Source: an uncultured Gemmatimonadaceae bacterium (GTDB lineage: Bacteria; Gemmatimonadota; Gemmatimonadetes; Gemmatimonadales; Gemmatimonadaceae). From it: a DNA stretch of 64,000 bases. Positions 1 to 9,382 of the stretch are shown one piece after another. Under the pieces are notes generated by a model. The model did no database searches and had not been told where the DNA came from. It saw only the letters and a program-made list of their open reading frames with translations. The translations under genes and the position numbers were made by a program. Within the stretch, counting starts at the first letter, position 1. Each line of letters opens with the position of its first letter. Location: contig OY970320.1 of assembly GCA_963716745.1 (NCBI GenBank), forward strand, positions 448,001-512,000. Reading direction: 5' to 3'.

Positions 1-737
1 GATTCGCGCGAGGCGATCGTGAATCGCGTGCCGTCAGGCGTCACCAGGATCCCCGTGAGTGCGGACTCGTCGGCGAGCACGCGCACCGGTCCGGCCCCTG
101 CCTCCAGCGCCAGACGCGCGAGCAACGTTCGGATCGCGGGATCGCGCTCGCCGATCACCACCGGCACTCCCGGCTTGAACACCCCGGCCTTTTCGACGGC
201 GATCTTCTCCGCGGTGTCGCCCAAGTACTGCACGTGGTCGATACCGATGGACGTGACGCCGCTCACGAGCGGCGTGATGATGTTCGTGGAGTCGAGGCGG
301 CCGCCGAGGCCCACTTCGATGATCGCGATATCCACCTGCTCGCGCCGAAAGTGCTCGAATGCCATGCACGTGGTGGCTTCGAAGAAGGTCGCGCCGAGGC
401 GCTCGACTTCCGGGGTCCATCGCGCGATCTGCTCGACGACCGCCTCCTCGGGGATCATCGCGCCGTTCACGACGATCCGCTCTCGGAAATCGACGAGGTG
501 CGGCGACATGTAGCGCCCCACGCGCAGTCCGCGCGCGCGCAACAGCGCATCGAGCGTGGCCACGACGCTCCCTTTGCCGTTCGTGCCCGCGACGTGGAGG
601 GTGGGATATGTGTTCTGCGGATCGCCCATCGCGGCGGCGAGCGCGCGCGTGGTGTCGAGTCCGAACTTCCATCCGCCGGTGACGCGCGCGAAGAGGTACT
701 CGAGCGCGCCGGCGTACGACGTCAGGGCGACGCCCAT
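1..737 (-). CDS. folC: Folylpolyglutamate synthase/dihydrofolate synthase (runs off left edge)
   Basis: Manual translation from ATG at 737 gives ...HVAGTNGKGSVVAT...YMSPHLVDFRERI...ATFFEATT...EVGLGGRLDSTN. It lies downstream of accD. Absent from the ORF track because it is truncated. Confidence 0.93.
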   Translation of the reverse strand, partial: MGVALTSYAGALEYLFARVTGGWKFGLDTTRALAAAMGDPQNTYPTLHVAGTNGKGSVVATLDALLRARGLRVGRYMSPHLVDFRERIVVNGAMIPEEAVVEQIARWTPEVERLGATFFEATTCMAFEHFRREQVDIAIIEVGLGGRLDSTNIITPLVSGVTSIGIDHVQYLGDTAEKIAVEKAGVFKPGVPVVIGERDPAIRTLLARLALEAGAGPVRVLADESALTGILVTPDGTRFTIASRE

Positions 738-1585
738 CCCGCCGCGGCCGGCTGATGGCTCATGTGGCGCAGCAGCGTGCCCACGGTGGCCTTCAACTCC
801 TTGCGATGCGAAACGACGTCAACGATGCCATGGTCGAGCAGGAATTCCGCGGTCTGGAATCCTTCCGGCAGATCCTGGCCGATGGTCTGCTTGATCACGC
901 GAGGACCCGCGAAGCCGATCACGGCGCCGGGCTCGGCCACGATCGCGTCGCCGAGCATCGCGAAGCTGGCGCTCACGCCACCGGTGGTCGGGTTCGTGAG
1001 GATGGAGACGTATGGGATGCGCCGCTCGGCGAGCTGCGCGAGCAACGCGGAGGTCTTCGCCATCTGCATGAGCGAGAGTACGCCCTCCTGCATGCGCGCG
1101 CCGCCCGACGCTGAGACGATCACGAGCGGATACTTGCGTTCGAGCGACCGTTGGCCGAGGCGCGCGATCTTCTCGCCGACCACCGAACCCATCGAGCCGC
1201 CCATGAACGCGAAGTCCATCGCGCCGATGTTCACGGGCATCCCGCCGAGCGCGCCGCTCACGGTGACGATCGCGTCGGAGGAACCCGCGTTCGTCATCGC
1301 CTTCTTCAGGCGCGCTGGATATTCCGGGAATCCGAGCGGATCCTTGGAGCGGATGTCCTCGTCGAGCTCCTCGTAGGCATTGTCGTCGAGGAGGATCGCT
1401 AAGTACTCGCTCGCGCGAATGCGGCGGTGATAGTCGCAGTTCGGGCACACGTTCAGGTTGCGCAGGAATTTCTCGCGCAGGTCCGTGTGGCCGCATGCCT
1501 CGCACTTCTCCCAGGTGTCCGCCGGGATCTCGAGACGCTCGCGCCGCGGCTGACGCGGCTTCTTCTCCTTGCGGAACCAGGCCAT
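722..1585 (-). CDS. accD: Acetyl-CoA carboxylase carboxyltransferase beta subunit
   Basis: WEKC..C/CPNC Zn finger, FMGGSMGSVVGEK, GGARMQEG, PTTGGVSASFA. Confidence 0.97.
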   Translation of the reverse strand: MAWFRKEKKPRQPRRERLEIPADTWEKCEACGHTDLREKFLRNLNVCPNCDYHRRIRASEYLAILLDDNAYEELDEDIRSKDPLGFPEYPARLKKAMTNAGSSDAIVTVSGALGGMPVNIGAMDFAFMGGSMGSVVGEKIARLGQRSLERKYPLVIVSASGGARMQEGVLSLMQMAKTSALLAQLAERRIPYVSILTNPTTGGVSASFAMLGDAIVAEPGAVIGFAGPRVIKQTIGQDLPEGFQTAEFLLDHGIVDVVSHRKELKATVGTLLRHMSHQPAAAGWASP

Positions 1586-1631
1586 TTTGGAAATGTGCCC
1601 GCGCGGCGGGCCGTCGGCAAGGAGAGCGCCG

Positions 1632-2888
1632 CTACCGGTAGCTCGGGTCGCCCGTCTGTGCGCCGCGCGCCTCGCTCGCGATCCGCTCGAGCACGCCGAT
1701 CGAGAGCCAGCACGAGAGCATGAACGATCCGCCGTAGCTGAAGAACGGCAGCGGGATGCCGGTGATCGGCATCAGGTTCAGCGTCATGCCGACGTTCACG
1801 ATGATGTGCACCACCCAGATGGATGCGAGCCCGAATGCCGCGAGGCTGCCGAACGGCGCGCTCGCGCTCGACGCGATGCGCACCGACCGCTGCAGCAGCA
1901 CGAGGAAGAGCGCCAGAGCCGCCGCCACGCCGAGGAATCCAAGCTCCTCGCCGAGCACGGCGAAGATGAAGTCGGTGTGCTGCTCCGGCAAGAAGGCCAG
2001 CCGCTTCTGCGTTCCCTCGAGGAATCCCTTGCCGATCCACCCGCCGCTCCCGATCGCGACCTTGGATTGCTGCACGTGCCATCCGGCGCGATGCGGGTCG
2101 ATCGACGGATCCAGGAAGGTGAGCAGGCGATTCTTCTGATAAGGCTGCAGCCGGTACCAGAGCAACGGCGCGACGACGCCCATGACGACGTTCGCGAGCA
2201 CGAGGCTCACACCCTCGATCAAGTACGGCCGGTACCAGAACACGAGGGCCAGCAGCACGAGGAACCACGCCCCCCAGAACAGCGTGCGCGACGCGAGGAT
2301 GAGGCTGATGCCCGGTGAAGCGAGCAGGATGAGCAGGCGCCACTCGAGCCCCATCCAAAAGAGCATCGCGAAGAAGATTCCCACGAACACGAGCGCGCTG
2401 CCGAGGTCCGGCTGCGCCATGATGAGCACGAAAGGCGCGACGACGACGAGCGCCGGCCGCCACAACTCGAGCAGCGACCGCGGCGGCTGGCGGAATACCG
2501 CGAGCGTGCGCGCGAGCATGAGCACGGTGGTGATCTTCACGAGTTCGGATGGCTGGCCGAGCCGGTGCCCGGCGATCATCAGCCAGCTGTGCGAGCTCGC
2601 GGCCGTTCCCGCGCCGCCGCCGAACTTGAGCGTGAGCATCAGCAGCAGGATGGAGAAGATGTACGCCGGCAATGCGAACCATTCGATGAAGCGCGCCGTG
2701 CCGCGCGTCACGATGAACGCGGCGACGATCCCGAGCGCGAGCCACCGCAGCTGCGCGATCCACGCGTTCACCGCGGGCGTGGGCACGTCGGTCTGGCCGG
2801 CCGAGTAGACCATCGCGATGCCATAGAGCGAGAGCACCAGGCCGGTGATCAGGAGCGTCGGGTCCGCCAGCAGCCGCCGCGTGCGCAT
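1632..2888 (-). CDS. rodA: Rod shape-determining protein RodA (SEDS family)
   Basis: QPSELVK, QPDLGSA, IGSGGWIGKG, LPEQHTDFIF, GIPLPFFSYGGS; start MRTRR at 2888. Confidence 0.96.
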   Translation of the reverse strand: MRTRRLLADPTLLITGLVLSLYGIAMVYSAGQTDVPTPAVNAWIAQLRWLALGIVAAFIVTRGTARFIEWFALPAYIFSILLLMLTLKFGGGAGTAASSHSWLMIAGHRLGQPSELVKITTVLMLARTLAVFRQPPRSLLELWRPALVVVAPFVLIMAQPDLGSALVFVGIFFAMLFWMGLEWRLLILLASPGISLILASRTLFWGAWFLVLLALVFWYRPYLIEGVSLVLANVVMGVVAPLLWYRLQPYQKNRLLTFLDPSIDPHRAGWHVQQSKVAIGSGGWIGKGFLEGTQKRLAFLPEQHTDFIFAVLGEELGFLGVAAALALFLVLLQRSVRIASSASAPFGSLAAFGLASIWVVHIIVNVGMTLNLMPITGIPLPFFSYGGSFMLSCWLSIGVLERIASEARGAQTGDPSYR

Positions 2889-4663
2889 CAGCCGTCCGTG
2901 TTCAGCAACGTGGCGGGCGCGACCTTCAGGTACGACTGGATGATCTTGGACGCGACGCGCGCCGCGCGGTCGCCGTGGCCGCCGAACTCGAGCATCACCG
3001 CCACCACGATCTTCGGGTCGTTCGCGGGCGCGAACCCAACGAACCACGCGTGATCGTGCAGCGGATCCTGCGAGTTCTGCGCGGTGCCGGTCTTGCCCGC
3101 GAGCACGACGCCCTGGATCTGCGCGCTGCTCGCGGTACCGCGCGAGATGACGCCCGCCATCGCGGCGCGCACCGCGTCGAGCTGCGCGGGCGTGAGCTGC
3201 ATGATCCGCTCACGCTCCACCGGCCGCATTGCCACCGCGGGCGTCGCCGCGCTGCCGTCGGTCGCCAGCGCCGTGTAGAAGCGGCCCATCGCCGCGACGG
3301 TCTGATCGTTCTCCCCCTGCCCGATCGCGAGATTGAGCACCACCGCCTGGCTCCATCCCGTCTTGCCGTATTTCTTATCGTAGTAGTCCTTGACGTCGGC
3401 GCTCGGGAAACCGGGGCGCGCCTCCTCAGGAAGATCGATCCCCGTGCGCTCATGCGCGCCGAGCGAGATGCCCCCCGCCACGAGCCGCGTGAGCCCGATC
3501 TTGAGCCCGAGCTGGTAGAAGTACACGTCGCACGAGACCTCGATCGCGCGCGCGAGCGTGAGCGCGCCATGTCCCTGTTTGTCCCAGCATTTGAACTCGC
3601 GGTCGCCGAACTGGAATTTGCCGGTGCACGGCTGCGGCATCTTGTCGTCGAGCGTCGCGATGCCTTCCTGCAGCGCGATCGCCGCGGTCGCGAGCTTCCA
3701 CGTGGAGCCGGGCGGATACCGCCCTTGGATCGCCTTATTGTAGAGCGGGCGCCGCGGATCGGTGTTCAGCGCCTTCCATAGTTCCGGCGGAATACCGCCG
3801 ATGAACGCGTTCGGGTCGTAACTCGGAGCGGAGTACAGCGCGAGCACCGCGCCGGTTCGCGGCTCGATCGCGATCACCCCGCCCTGCAGCGAATCGGCGA
3901 AGAGTTCCGCGATGTACTTCTGGAGATCGACATCGATGTTCGTGAGCAGCGGCGGCCCAGCCTGCGGCGCGAGGTCCTCCCGCGCACCGGCCTCGCGCAC
4001 CACGCGGCCGCGCGCATCCACTTCCACGAATCGCGAACCGTCGATGCCGCGCAGTTTGTCCTCGTACTCGCGCTCCAGGCCCGCTTTCCCCACCTGTTGT
4101 CCGTTCCGGTATCCCTTGTAGCGGTCGGAGTTGAGTTCGGACTCGGTGACCTCGCCCACGTAGCCGAGCACCGGCGCCGCGGCCGCGCCCGCCGGATAGA
4201 AACGCTTGGGCGCCGACTGGATCACGAGCCCCGGGAAATCGAGCCGCCGCTCCTCGAGCACAGATACCACTTTGAACGGCGCGTCGGCGAACACCACCGC
4301 CGGCCGGTTCGGCGTCCGGAGGTATCGCCGCGCGACCAACTCCGCCTGCTCCGGCGTGATCGCCACGAGCTGCGCCATGCGCGCGACGGTCGCGCGCAGC
4401 GAATCGGCGTTCGCGGCGAGCAGCTGCACGGAATATCCCGGCACGTTCTCCGCGATGATCTTCTGATTGCGATCGAAGATGATCCCGCGCGGCGCCGGCA
4501 TCGGGACTTCGCGTAAACGATTCTCCTCCGACTGCATCGTGTAGCGCGAATGCTGGATGATCTGCGTGCGGAAGAATGTGCCGAGCAGCACGACGAACAG
4601 CACGCCGAGCGCGATCGACGCGCCGCGTCCGCGCCGCGCGAGGTCGTTCGGGTGCAGGCTCAC
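2888..4663 (-). CDS. mrdA: Penicillin-binding protein 2
   Basis: PRGIIFDRN, YPPGSTWK (SxxK), SCD, GKTGTAQ; GTG start at 4663. Confidence 0.95.
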   Translation of the reverse strand: MSLHPNDLARRGRGASIALGVLFVVLLGTFFRTQIIQHSRYTMQSEENRLREVPMPAPRGIIFDRNQKIIAENVPGYSVQLLAANADSLRATVARMAQLVAITPEQAELVARRYLRTPNRPAVVFADAPFKVVSVLEERRLDFPGLVIQSAPKRFYPAGAAAAPVLGYVGEVTESELNSDRYKGYRNGQQVGKAGLEREYEDKLRGIDGSRFVEVDARGRVVREAGAREDLAPQAGPPLLTNIDVDLQKYIAELFADSLQGGVIAIEPRTGAVLALYSAPSYDPNAFIGGIPPELWKALNTDPRRPLYNKAIQGRYPPGSTWKLATAAIALQEGIATLDDKMPQPCTGKFQFGDREFKCWDKQGHGALTLARAIEVSCDVYFYQLGLKIGLTRLVAGGISLGAHERTGIDLPEEARPGFPSADVKDYYDKKYGKTGWSQAVVLNLAIGQGENDQTVAAMGRFYTALATDGSAATPAVAMRPVERERIMQLTPAQLDAVRAAMAGVISRGTASSAQIQGVVLAGKTGTAQNSQDPLHDHAWFVGFAPANDPKIVVAVMLEFGGHGDRAARVASKIIQSYLKVAPATLLNTDG

Positions 4664-5145
4664 CCGTTCACCGGCCGCAGGATGGGCCGCAGGACCATGA
4701 GCGTCGCCACGCCGAAGAGCGCGGTGATCGCCCCGGCGACCGGCGCCCACACGAGCGCCGGCATCACGATCGGCGAGCCCGGGCTGCGCGCGATGAGTAG
4801 GTAGAGCGCCGCGAACGCCCACTCGCCGAAGAAGAACAACATCGCGTTCACAGTGAGATCATCGGAGAACACCACCGACTGCAGCCACGACGCGCCGAAC
4901 GCGACGACGGCCATCGCGAGCGACGCCGCGCCGAACGGTCCCGTGCCGATCGAATCGGACACGAGTCCCACGAGCAGGCCGATCGCGGCCGCCGTGCCCG
5001 GCCGCACGCGCACTGCCACGACGAGCAGTGCCACGAGCAGGAAATCGGGGCCGTACGGCCAGCCGAGCATCGGCCGCACGGTGTACTGCAGCAACACGAG
5101 CACGAGGAACGCGATGAGAACGCGGAACGCGTCGAGGGATCTCAT
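4660..5145 (-). CDS. mreD: Rod shape-determining protein MreD
   Basis: Hydrophobic, PDFLL...GLVSDS...G motif; lies between mreC and mrdA. Confidence 0.85.
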   Translation of the reverse strand: MRSLDAFRVLIAFLVLVLLQYTVRPMLGWPYGPDFLLVALLVVAVRVRPGTAAAIGLLVGLVSDSIGTGPFGAASLAMAVVAFGASWLQSVVFSDDLTVNAMLFFFGEWAFAALYLLIARSPGSPIVMPALVWAPVAGAITALFGVATLMVLRPILRPVNG

Positions 5146-6216
5146 GGTGCGGGCGGCGGCGTGGTGTCCGTGCGCGCGGCCGGCGCGGGCGGCGCGCTGC
5201 TGTCCCGGTGCGCCGCGAGACTCTCGGCGGCCGCGATCGAGTCGCGCCGGAACTTGCGGCGGCGCTTGCGCGCGATGCTGTCCGCGGCGGCGCTGTCGAG
5301 CGCGGCCTTCGCGATGCGCGCCGCCGCCGTGTCCACGGTCGTGTGCGCGAGCGAGTCGGCCACCGGCACGGAGTCGCCGCGCGCATCCTTCCATACCGGC
5401 TCCACGCCCGCCTTGAGACGGTCGGGCAGCAGCACCATCACGCTCGAGAGATCGGCCGGCGACACCGCCGGCCGCAGCAGGTAGGTACGCGCCCAGAGTT
5501 CCGGTGTCTTCACCTCCGAGATCACGACGCCCACCGGGATCCCGCGCGGGAACGTGCCACCGAGCCCGGACGTCACGATCAGCGTTCCCTTCGCGATCGA
5601 CGACCGCATCGGCACGCCGCGCATCTCGAGCAGGAAGCGCTCGGCGTCCGTACCGGGATGCGCGGCCACGATGCCGAACACGCTGCCGTCCGCCGCCATG
5701 GCGCTCGCGCGGAAATCGGGATGCGCCCAGAGCACGGCCGTGCTCATCGTCGGATCTACGCTCTTCACGAGGCCCGCGAGTCCCTCGGCGACCACCACCG
5801 GACTGAACGGTCGCACGCCGGCGCGACTGCCGGCCGAGAGCGTGACGGTGTAGTCGTCGCCCACGCCGCGGCCCTGCAGCACCTCAGCCGACACGAATCC
5901 CCATTGGAGCCGGCCGCTCAGGCCGAGCATGCGCCGCAGGCGCGCGTTCTCGCTCTCGGCGCCGGGCAAGCGCGAGCGCGCGGATCGCGACGCTGTCGGC
6001 GGCCTGCGTGCGCGACTCGCGCGATTTCCACGCAAGGCGCGCGAGCTCGGCGTCATGCTGAAGCGATACGAGCGGCGCGAGCACCGTCTCGCGGAGCGCG
6101 GCGGCGAAGGGGTCGCGGATCCGGTCGGGAAGATTGAGCGCTGTGATCGCGAGCGCGAGGCTCGCACCGAGCAAAACGAGATCCCGACGGTTGAGCGTGC
6201 GGGCGGCGGCGGGCAC
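5142..6216 (-). CDS. mreC: Rod shape-determining protein MreC (one frameshift near 5970)
   Basis: N-terminal TM segment in ORF 5884-6216 joins ENARLRRMLGL...TSGLGGTFPRGIPVG in ORF 5142-6260. Confidence 0.9.
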
Positions 6217-6222
6217 TTCTCG

Positions 6223-7260
6223 TCAGGTCTGCAGGACGTTCCAGTACTTCTCCTCGTCATCCAGGATCCGCCCGGTGCCGCGCACCACGCACGTCAGCGG
6301 ATCCTCGTCCACATGGATGGGGAGGTTCGTCTCCTGGCTGAGCAGGAGATCGAGCCCGCGGATGAGCGCACCGCCTCCCGTCATCACGATGCCGCGGTCC
6401 ACGATGTCGCTCGCGAGTTCGGGCGGCGTGATCTCGAGCGCGCGGCGCACGGCGTCCACGATCTGCTGGATCGGTTCCTGGATCGCCTCGCGGATCTCGC
6501 TCGAATGCACGCGCACCGTTTTCGGGATGCCGCTCACGAGATCGCGGCCGCGCACTTCCATCTCGCGCTCGTCGCCCACCGGCGCGGCGGAACCGATCTG
6601 GATCTTCACCTGCTCCGCCGTCGGTTCGCCGATGAGCAAGTTGTAATTCTTGCGCATGAACTGCACGATCGCGATGTCGAGCTCGTCGCCGCCCGTGCGG
6701 ATGGACGTATCGCTCACGATGCCGGAGAGCGCGATGACGGCGATCTCGGTGGTGCCGCCGCCGATGTCGATCACCATGTTGCCGGTGGGTGTCTCGACGG
6801 GAAGTCCTACGCCGATCGCCGCGGCCATGGGCTCCGCCACCATGAACACTTCTTTCGCGCCGGCGCCGAGCGCCGAGTCGCGCACCGCGCGGCGCTCCAC
6901 CTCGGTGATCCCCGAGGGGACGCACACGATCACGCGCGGCTTCACCTTGAAGACGTGATTGTCGATGATGAGCGTGAGGAAATACCGCAGCATCTTCTCG
7001 GTGACATCGAAGTCCGCGATCACGCCGTCCTTCATGGGGCGCACGGCGATCACGCCTTCGGGAGTGCGGCCGAGCATGCGCTTCGCTTCGAGGCCGACCC
7101 ACTTCACTTTTCCGCTCGACCGCTCGATCGCGACGACCGACGGTTCATTCAGGACGATCCCTTCTCCCTTCACGTAGATGAGCGTGTTCGCGGTGCCGAG
7201 GTCGACGGCGATCGCGTTCGCGGGGAAGAATGAACCTGGTTTGAAGAGCGGCCAGCGCAT
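6223..7260 (-). CDS. mreB: Actin-like rod shape protein MreB
   Basis: [31 protein letters not shown]. Confidence 0.98.
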   Translation of the reverse strand: MRWPLFKPGSFFPANAIAVDLGTANTLIYVKGEGIVLNEPSVVAIERSSGKVKWVGLEAKRMLGRTPEGVIAVRPMKDGVIADFDVTEKMLRYFLTLIIDNHVFKVKPRVIVCVPSGITEVERRAVRDSALGAGAKEVFMVAEPMAAAIGVGLPVETPTGNMVIDIGGGTTEIAVIALSGIVSDTSIRTGGDELDIAIVQFMRKNYNLLIGEPTAEQVKIQIGSAAPVGDEREMEVRGRDLVSGIPKTVRVHSSEIREAIQEPIQQIVDAVRRALEITPPELASDIVDRGIVMTGGGALIRGLDLLLSQETNLPIHVDEDPLTCVVRGTGRILDDEEKYWNVLQT

Positions 7261-7326
7261 CGAGTGTGTGGGAGTCGCTTGGGTGCTTCGAGTTTTTTGG
7301 ATCGAACACGGGCGCTGACGCGAGTT

Positions 7327-7355
7327 AACCTAGCAAAGGAAGCAGACCGCGACAA
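7327..7355 (-). promoter_or_regulatory. Putative sigma70 promoter of mreB operon
   Basis: TTGTCG-N17-TAGGTT on minus strand. Confidence 0.5.
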
Positions 7356-7400
7356 GACATTGCCTTGACACGACCTAGCACACCCGGACATCGTCCCCGC

Positions 7401-7604
7401 ATGCCCCCATCGCGTGCCACCGAAGTGGCCATCGTCGAGCTCTCGACCTGCGATGCGTGCGGCCTGTGCCTGCCCCTCTGTCCCCCCGGCGCGATCTCGC
7501 TCCGGCGCGACGGTCTCCACATTGACGACTCAGCCTGCACGGGGTGTCGGAAGTGCGTTGCGCCCTGTCCGGTGGCCGCGCTGTCGATGATCCCGCGGGC
7601 ATGA
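7401..7604 (+). CDS. 2[4Fe-4S] ferredoxin
   Basis: CDACGLCLPLCP and CTGCRKCVAPCP motifs. Confidence 0.92.
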   Translation: MPPSRATEVAIVELSTCDACGLCLPLCPPGAISLRRDGLHIDDSACTGCRKCVAPCPVAALSMIPRA

Positions 7605-8785
7605 TCGCGCCGATCGAGCGGGTGGACGCGCTGGTGGTGGGCGGCGGACCGGCGGGACTCATCGCTGCCCGCGAGTTCGCGGTGCGTGCGCCGGGTTCGC
7701 GGGTGCTCCTGGTGGAGCGCGACCGCGCGATCGGCGCGCCGGTGCGCTGCGGCGAGGGCGTGGGCAGCGCCGGGCTGGCCGAATTCATCGACCCGGCCGG
7801 GGCCGACTGGGTCTCACGCCGCATCACGCGGGTGATCCTCCGGGCGCCCGACGGCACCGACGTGCGCGTCGCCGAGGGGGATGTGGGCTACGTGCTGGAC
7901 CGCTCACGCTTCGAGCCGGCGCTCGCCGCGCAGGCCGGATCGGCGGGCGCCGAGATTCGGGTGGGCACCGAGGTGACGGCGCTGGCGCGGGAGGGCGCGG
8001 GCTGGCGGGCAGACCTGTCCACGGCGCGCGGCGAGAGCACGGTGGTCGCGCGGATCGTGATCGCCGCCGATGGCGTGGAGGGGATGGCCGCACGATGGGC
8101 CGGCCTCGACACGCGCGTCCCGGCGCGCGACATGGAGAGTTGCGCGCAATACGTGATGAGCGGCATCGCATTCGACCCCGACGCGATCCTGCTGCATTTC
8201 GGCCAGACGATCGCGCCCGGCGGCTACGCCTGGATCTTCCCCAAGAGCGAGCGCGACGCGAACGTGGGGCTCGGCATTGTGGCCCTCCGTGCCAACGGCC
8301 GCTCGGCGCGCGCGCATCTCGACGACTACGTCGCGCACGACTTTCCCGGCGCAACGATCACCGGGATGACCGTGGGCGGCGTGATCGTGCATCCCACGAT
8401 CAAGCGCACCGTGACCGACGCGCTGCTCGTATGCGGCGACGCCGCGCACATGATCAATCCGCTCTCGGGCGGCGGCATCGTGAACGCGATGAAGGCCGGG
8501 CGCCTCGCCGCGCACACCGCGGCCGATGCGCTCGCCGCGAACGATACGAACGCCGCCCGCCTCCAGGGGTACCACGACGCCTGGATGACCTTGCTCGGCG
8601 ACGATCACGTGCGCTTCCACCGGCTGAAGGACGCGCTCGGGAAGTTCGAGGACGGCGTCTTCAACGGCCTGGCCGCGACGGTGAATCGCATCCCCTCTGA
8701 ACGGCGTACGCTCGGGCGCGTGTTCGCACATGCGCTGGTGAAGCATCCTTCTTTGCTGCCGGTGGTGACCAAGTACTTTGTTTGA
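7601..8785 (+). CDS. Geranylgeranyl reductase family flavoprotein (DGGGPL reductase-like)
   Basis: VVGGGPAG, RCGEG, LDRSRFE, PGGYAWIFP, GDAA..INPLSGGGI; ATGA overlap with the ferredoxin. Confidence 0.88.
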   Translation: MIAPIERVDALVVGGGPAGLIAAREFAVRAPGSRVLLVERDRAIGAPVRCGEGVGSAGLAEFIDPAGADWVSRRITRVILRAPDGTDVRVAEGDVGYVLDRSRFEPALAAQAGSAGAEIRVGTEVTALAREGAGWRADLSTARGESTVVARIVIAADGVEGMAARWAGLDTRVPARDMESCAQYVMSGIAFDPDAILLHFGQTIAPGGYAWIFPKSERDANVGLGIVALRANGRSARAHLDDYVAHDFPGATITGMTVGGVIVHPTIKRTVTDALLVCGDAAHMINPLSGGGIVNAMKAGRLAAHTAADALAANDTNAARLQGYHDAWMTLLGDDHVRFHRLKDALGKFEDGVFNGLAATVNRIPSERRTLGRVFAHALVKHPSLLPVVTKYFV

Positions 8786-8791
8786 ACGGCG

Positions 8792-8887
8792 CGGGAAGCG
8801 GGAAGCGGGAAGCGCCGCGCTGAACCAACGGGAGGCGATCCTCCGTAGGTATCGCGTCCCGCGGCGCTTCCCGCTTCCCGCTTCCCG
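8792..8887. repeat. Intergenic palindromic element with (GGGAAGC)n arms, copy 1
   Basis: (GGGAAGC)3GCCGCG ... CGCGGC(GCTTCCC)3. Confidence 0.9.
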
Positions 8888-8914
8888 AACGCTGTTGACC
8901 TGAGACCGCGCCCC

Positions 8915-9382
8915 ATGCCGACGTCCCTGACCGTCAACGGAACCAAGCACACAGTCTCCGCTCCCGGCGACACGCCCCTGCTGTGGGTCCTGCGCGACGA
9001 CCTCGCCCTCACCGGCACCAAGTTCGGCTGCGGCATCGGCCAGTGCGGCGCCTGCACGGTGCACGTCGACGGGCAGCCCACGCGCTCCTGCCAACTCCCG
9101 CTGTCGGCCGTCGGCGCGCACCGGATCACGACCATCGAGGGTCTCGCGACGGCGAAGGGCCTCACGGTGGTTCAGGCCGCATGGATCGCCGAGGACGTTC
9201 CGCAGTGCGGCTATTGCCAGGCGGGGCAGATCCTCGCGGCCACGGCGCTGCTCGCGCGCACGCCGCATCCCACCGATGCCGAGATCGATGCGGCCATGAC
9301 CAACATCTGCCGCTGCGGAACGTACGTGCGCATCCGCGCGGCGATCCATCGTGCCGCCGGCGCGAACGGAGCTGCCAAGTGA
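8915..9382 (+). CDS. Isoquinoline 1-oxidoreductase-like alpha subunit (2Fe-2S)
   Basis: [30 protein letters not shown]. Confidence 0.93.
   Translation: MPTSLTVNGTKHTVSAPGDTPLLWVLRDDLALTGTKFGCGIGQCGACTVHVDGQPTRSCQLPLSAVGAHRITTIEGLATAKGLTVVQAAWIAEDVPQCGYCQAGQILAATALLARTPHPTDAEIDAAMTNICRCGTYVRIRAAIHRAAGANGAAK

Noticed and set aside
8792..8887. Heptamer repeats as a CRISPR array
   Set aside because: No repeat-spacer periodicity and no cas genes; they are inverted-arm palindromes.
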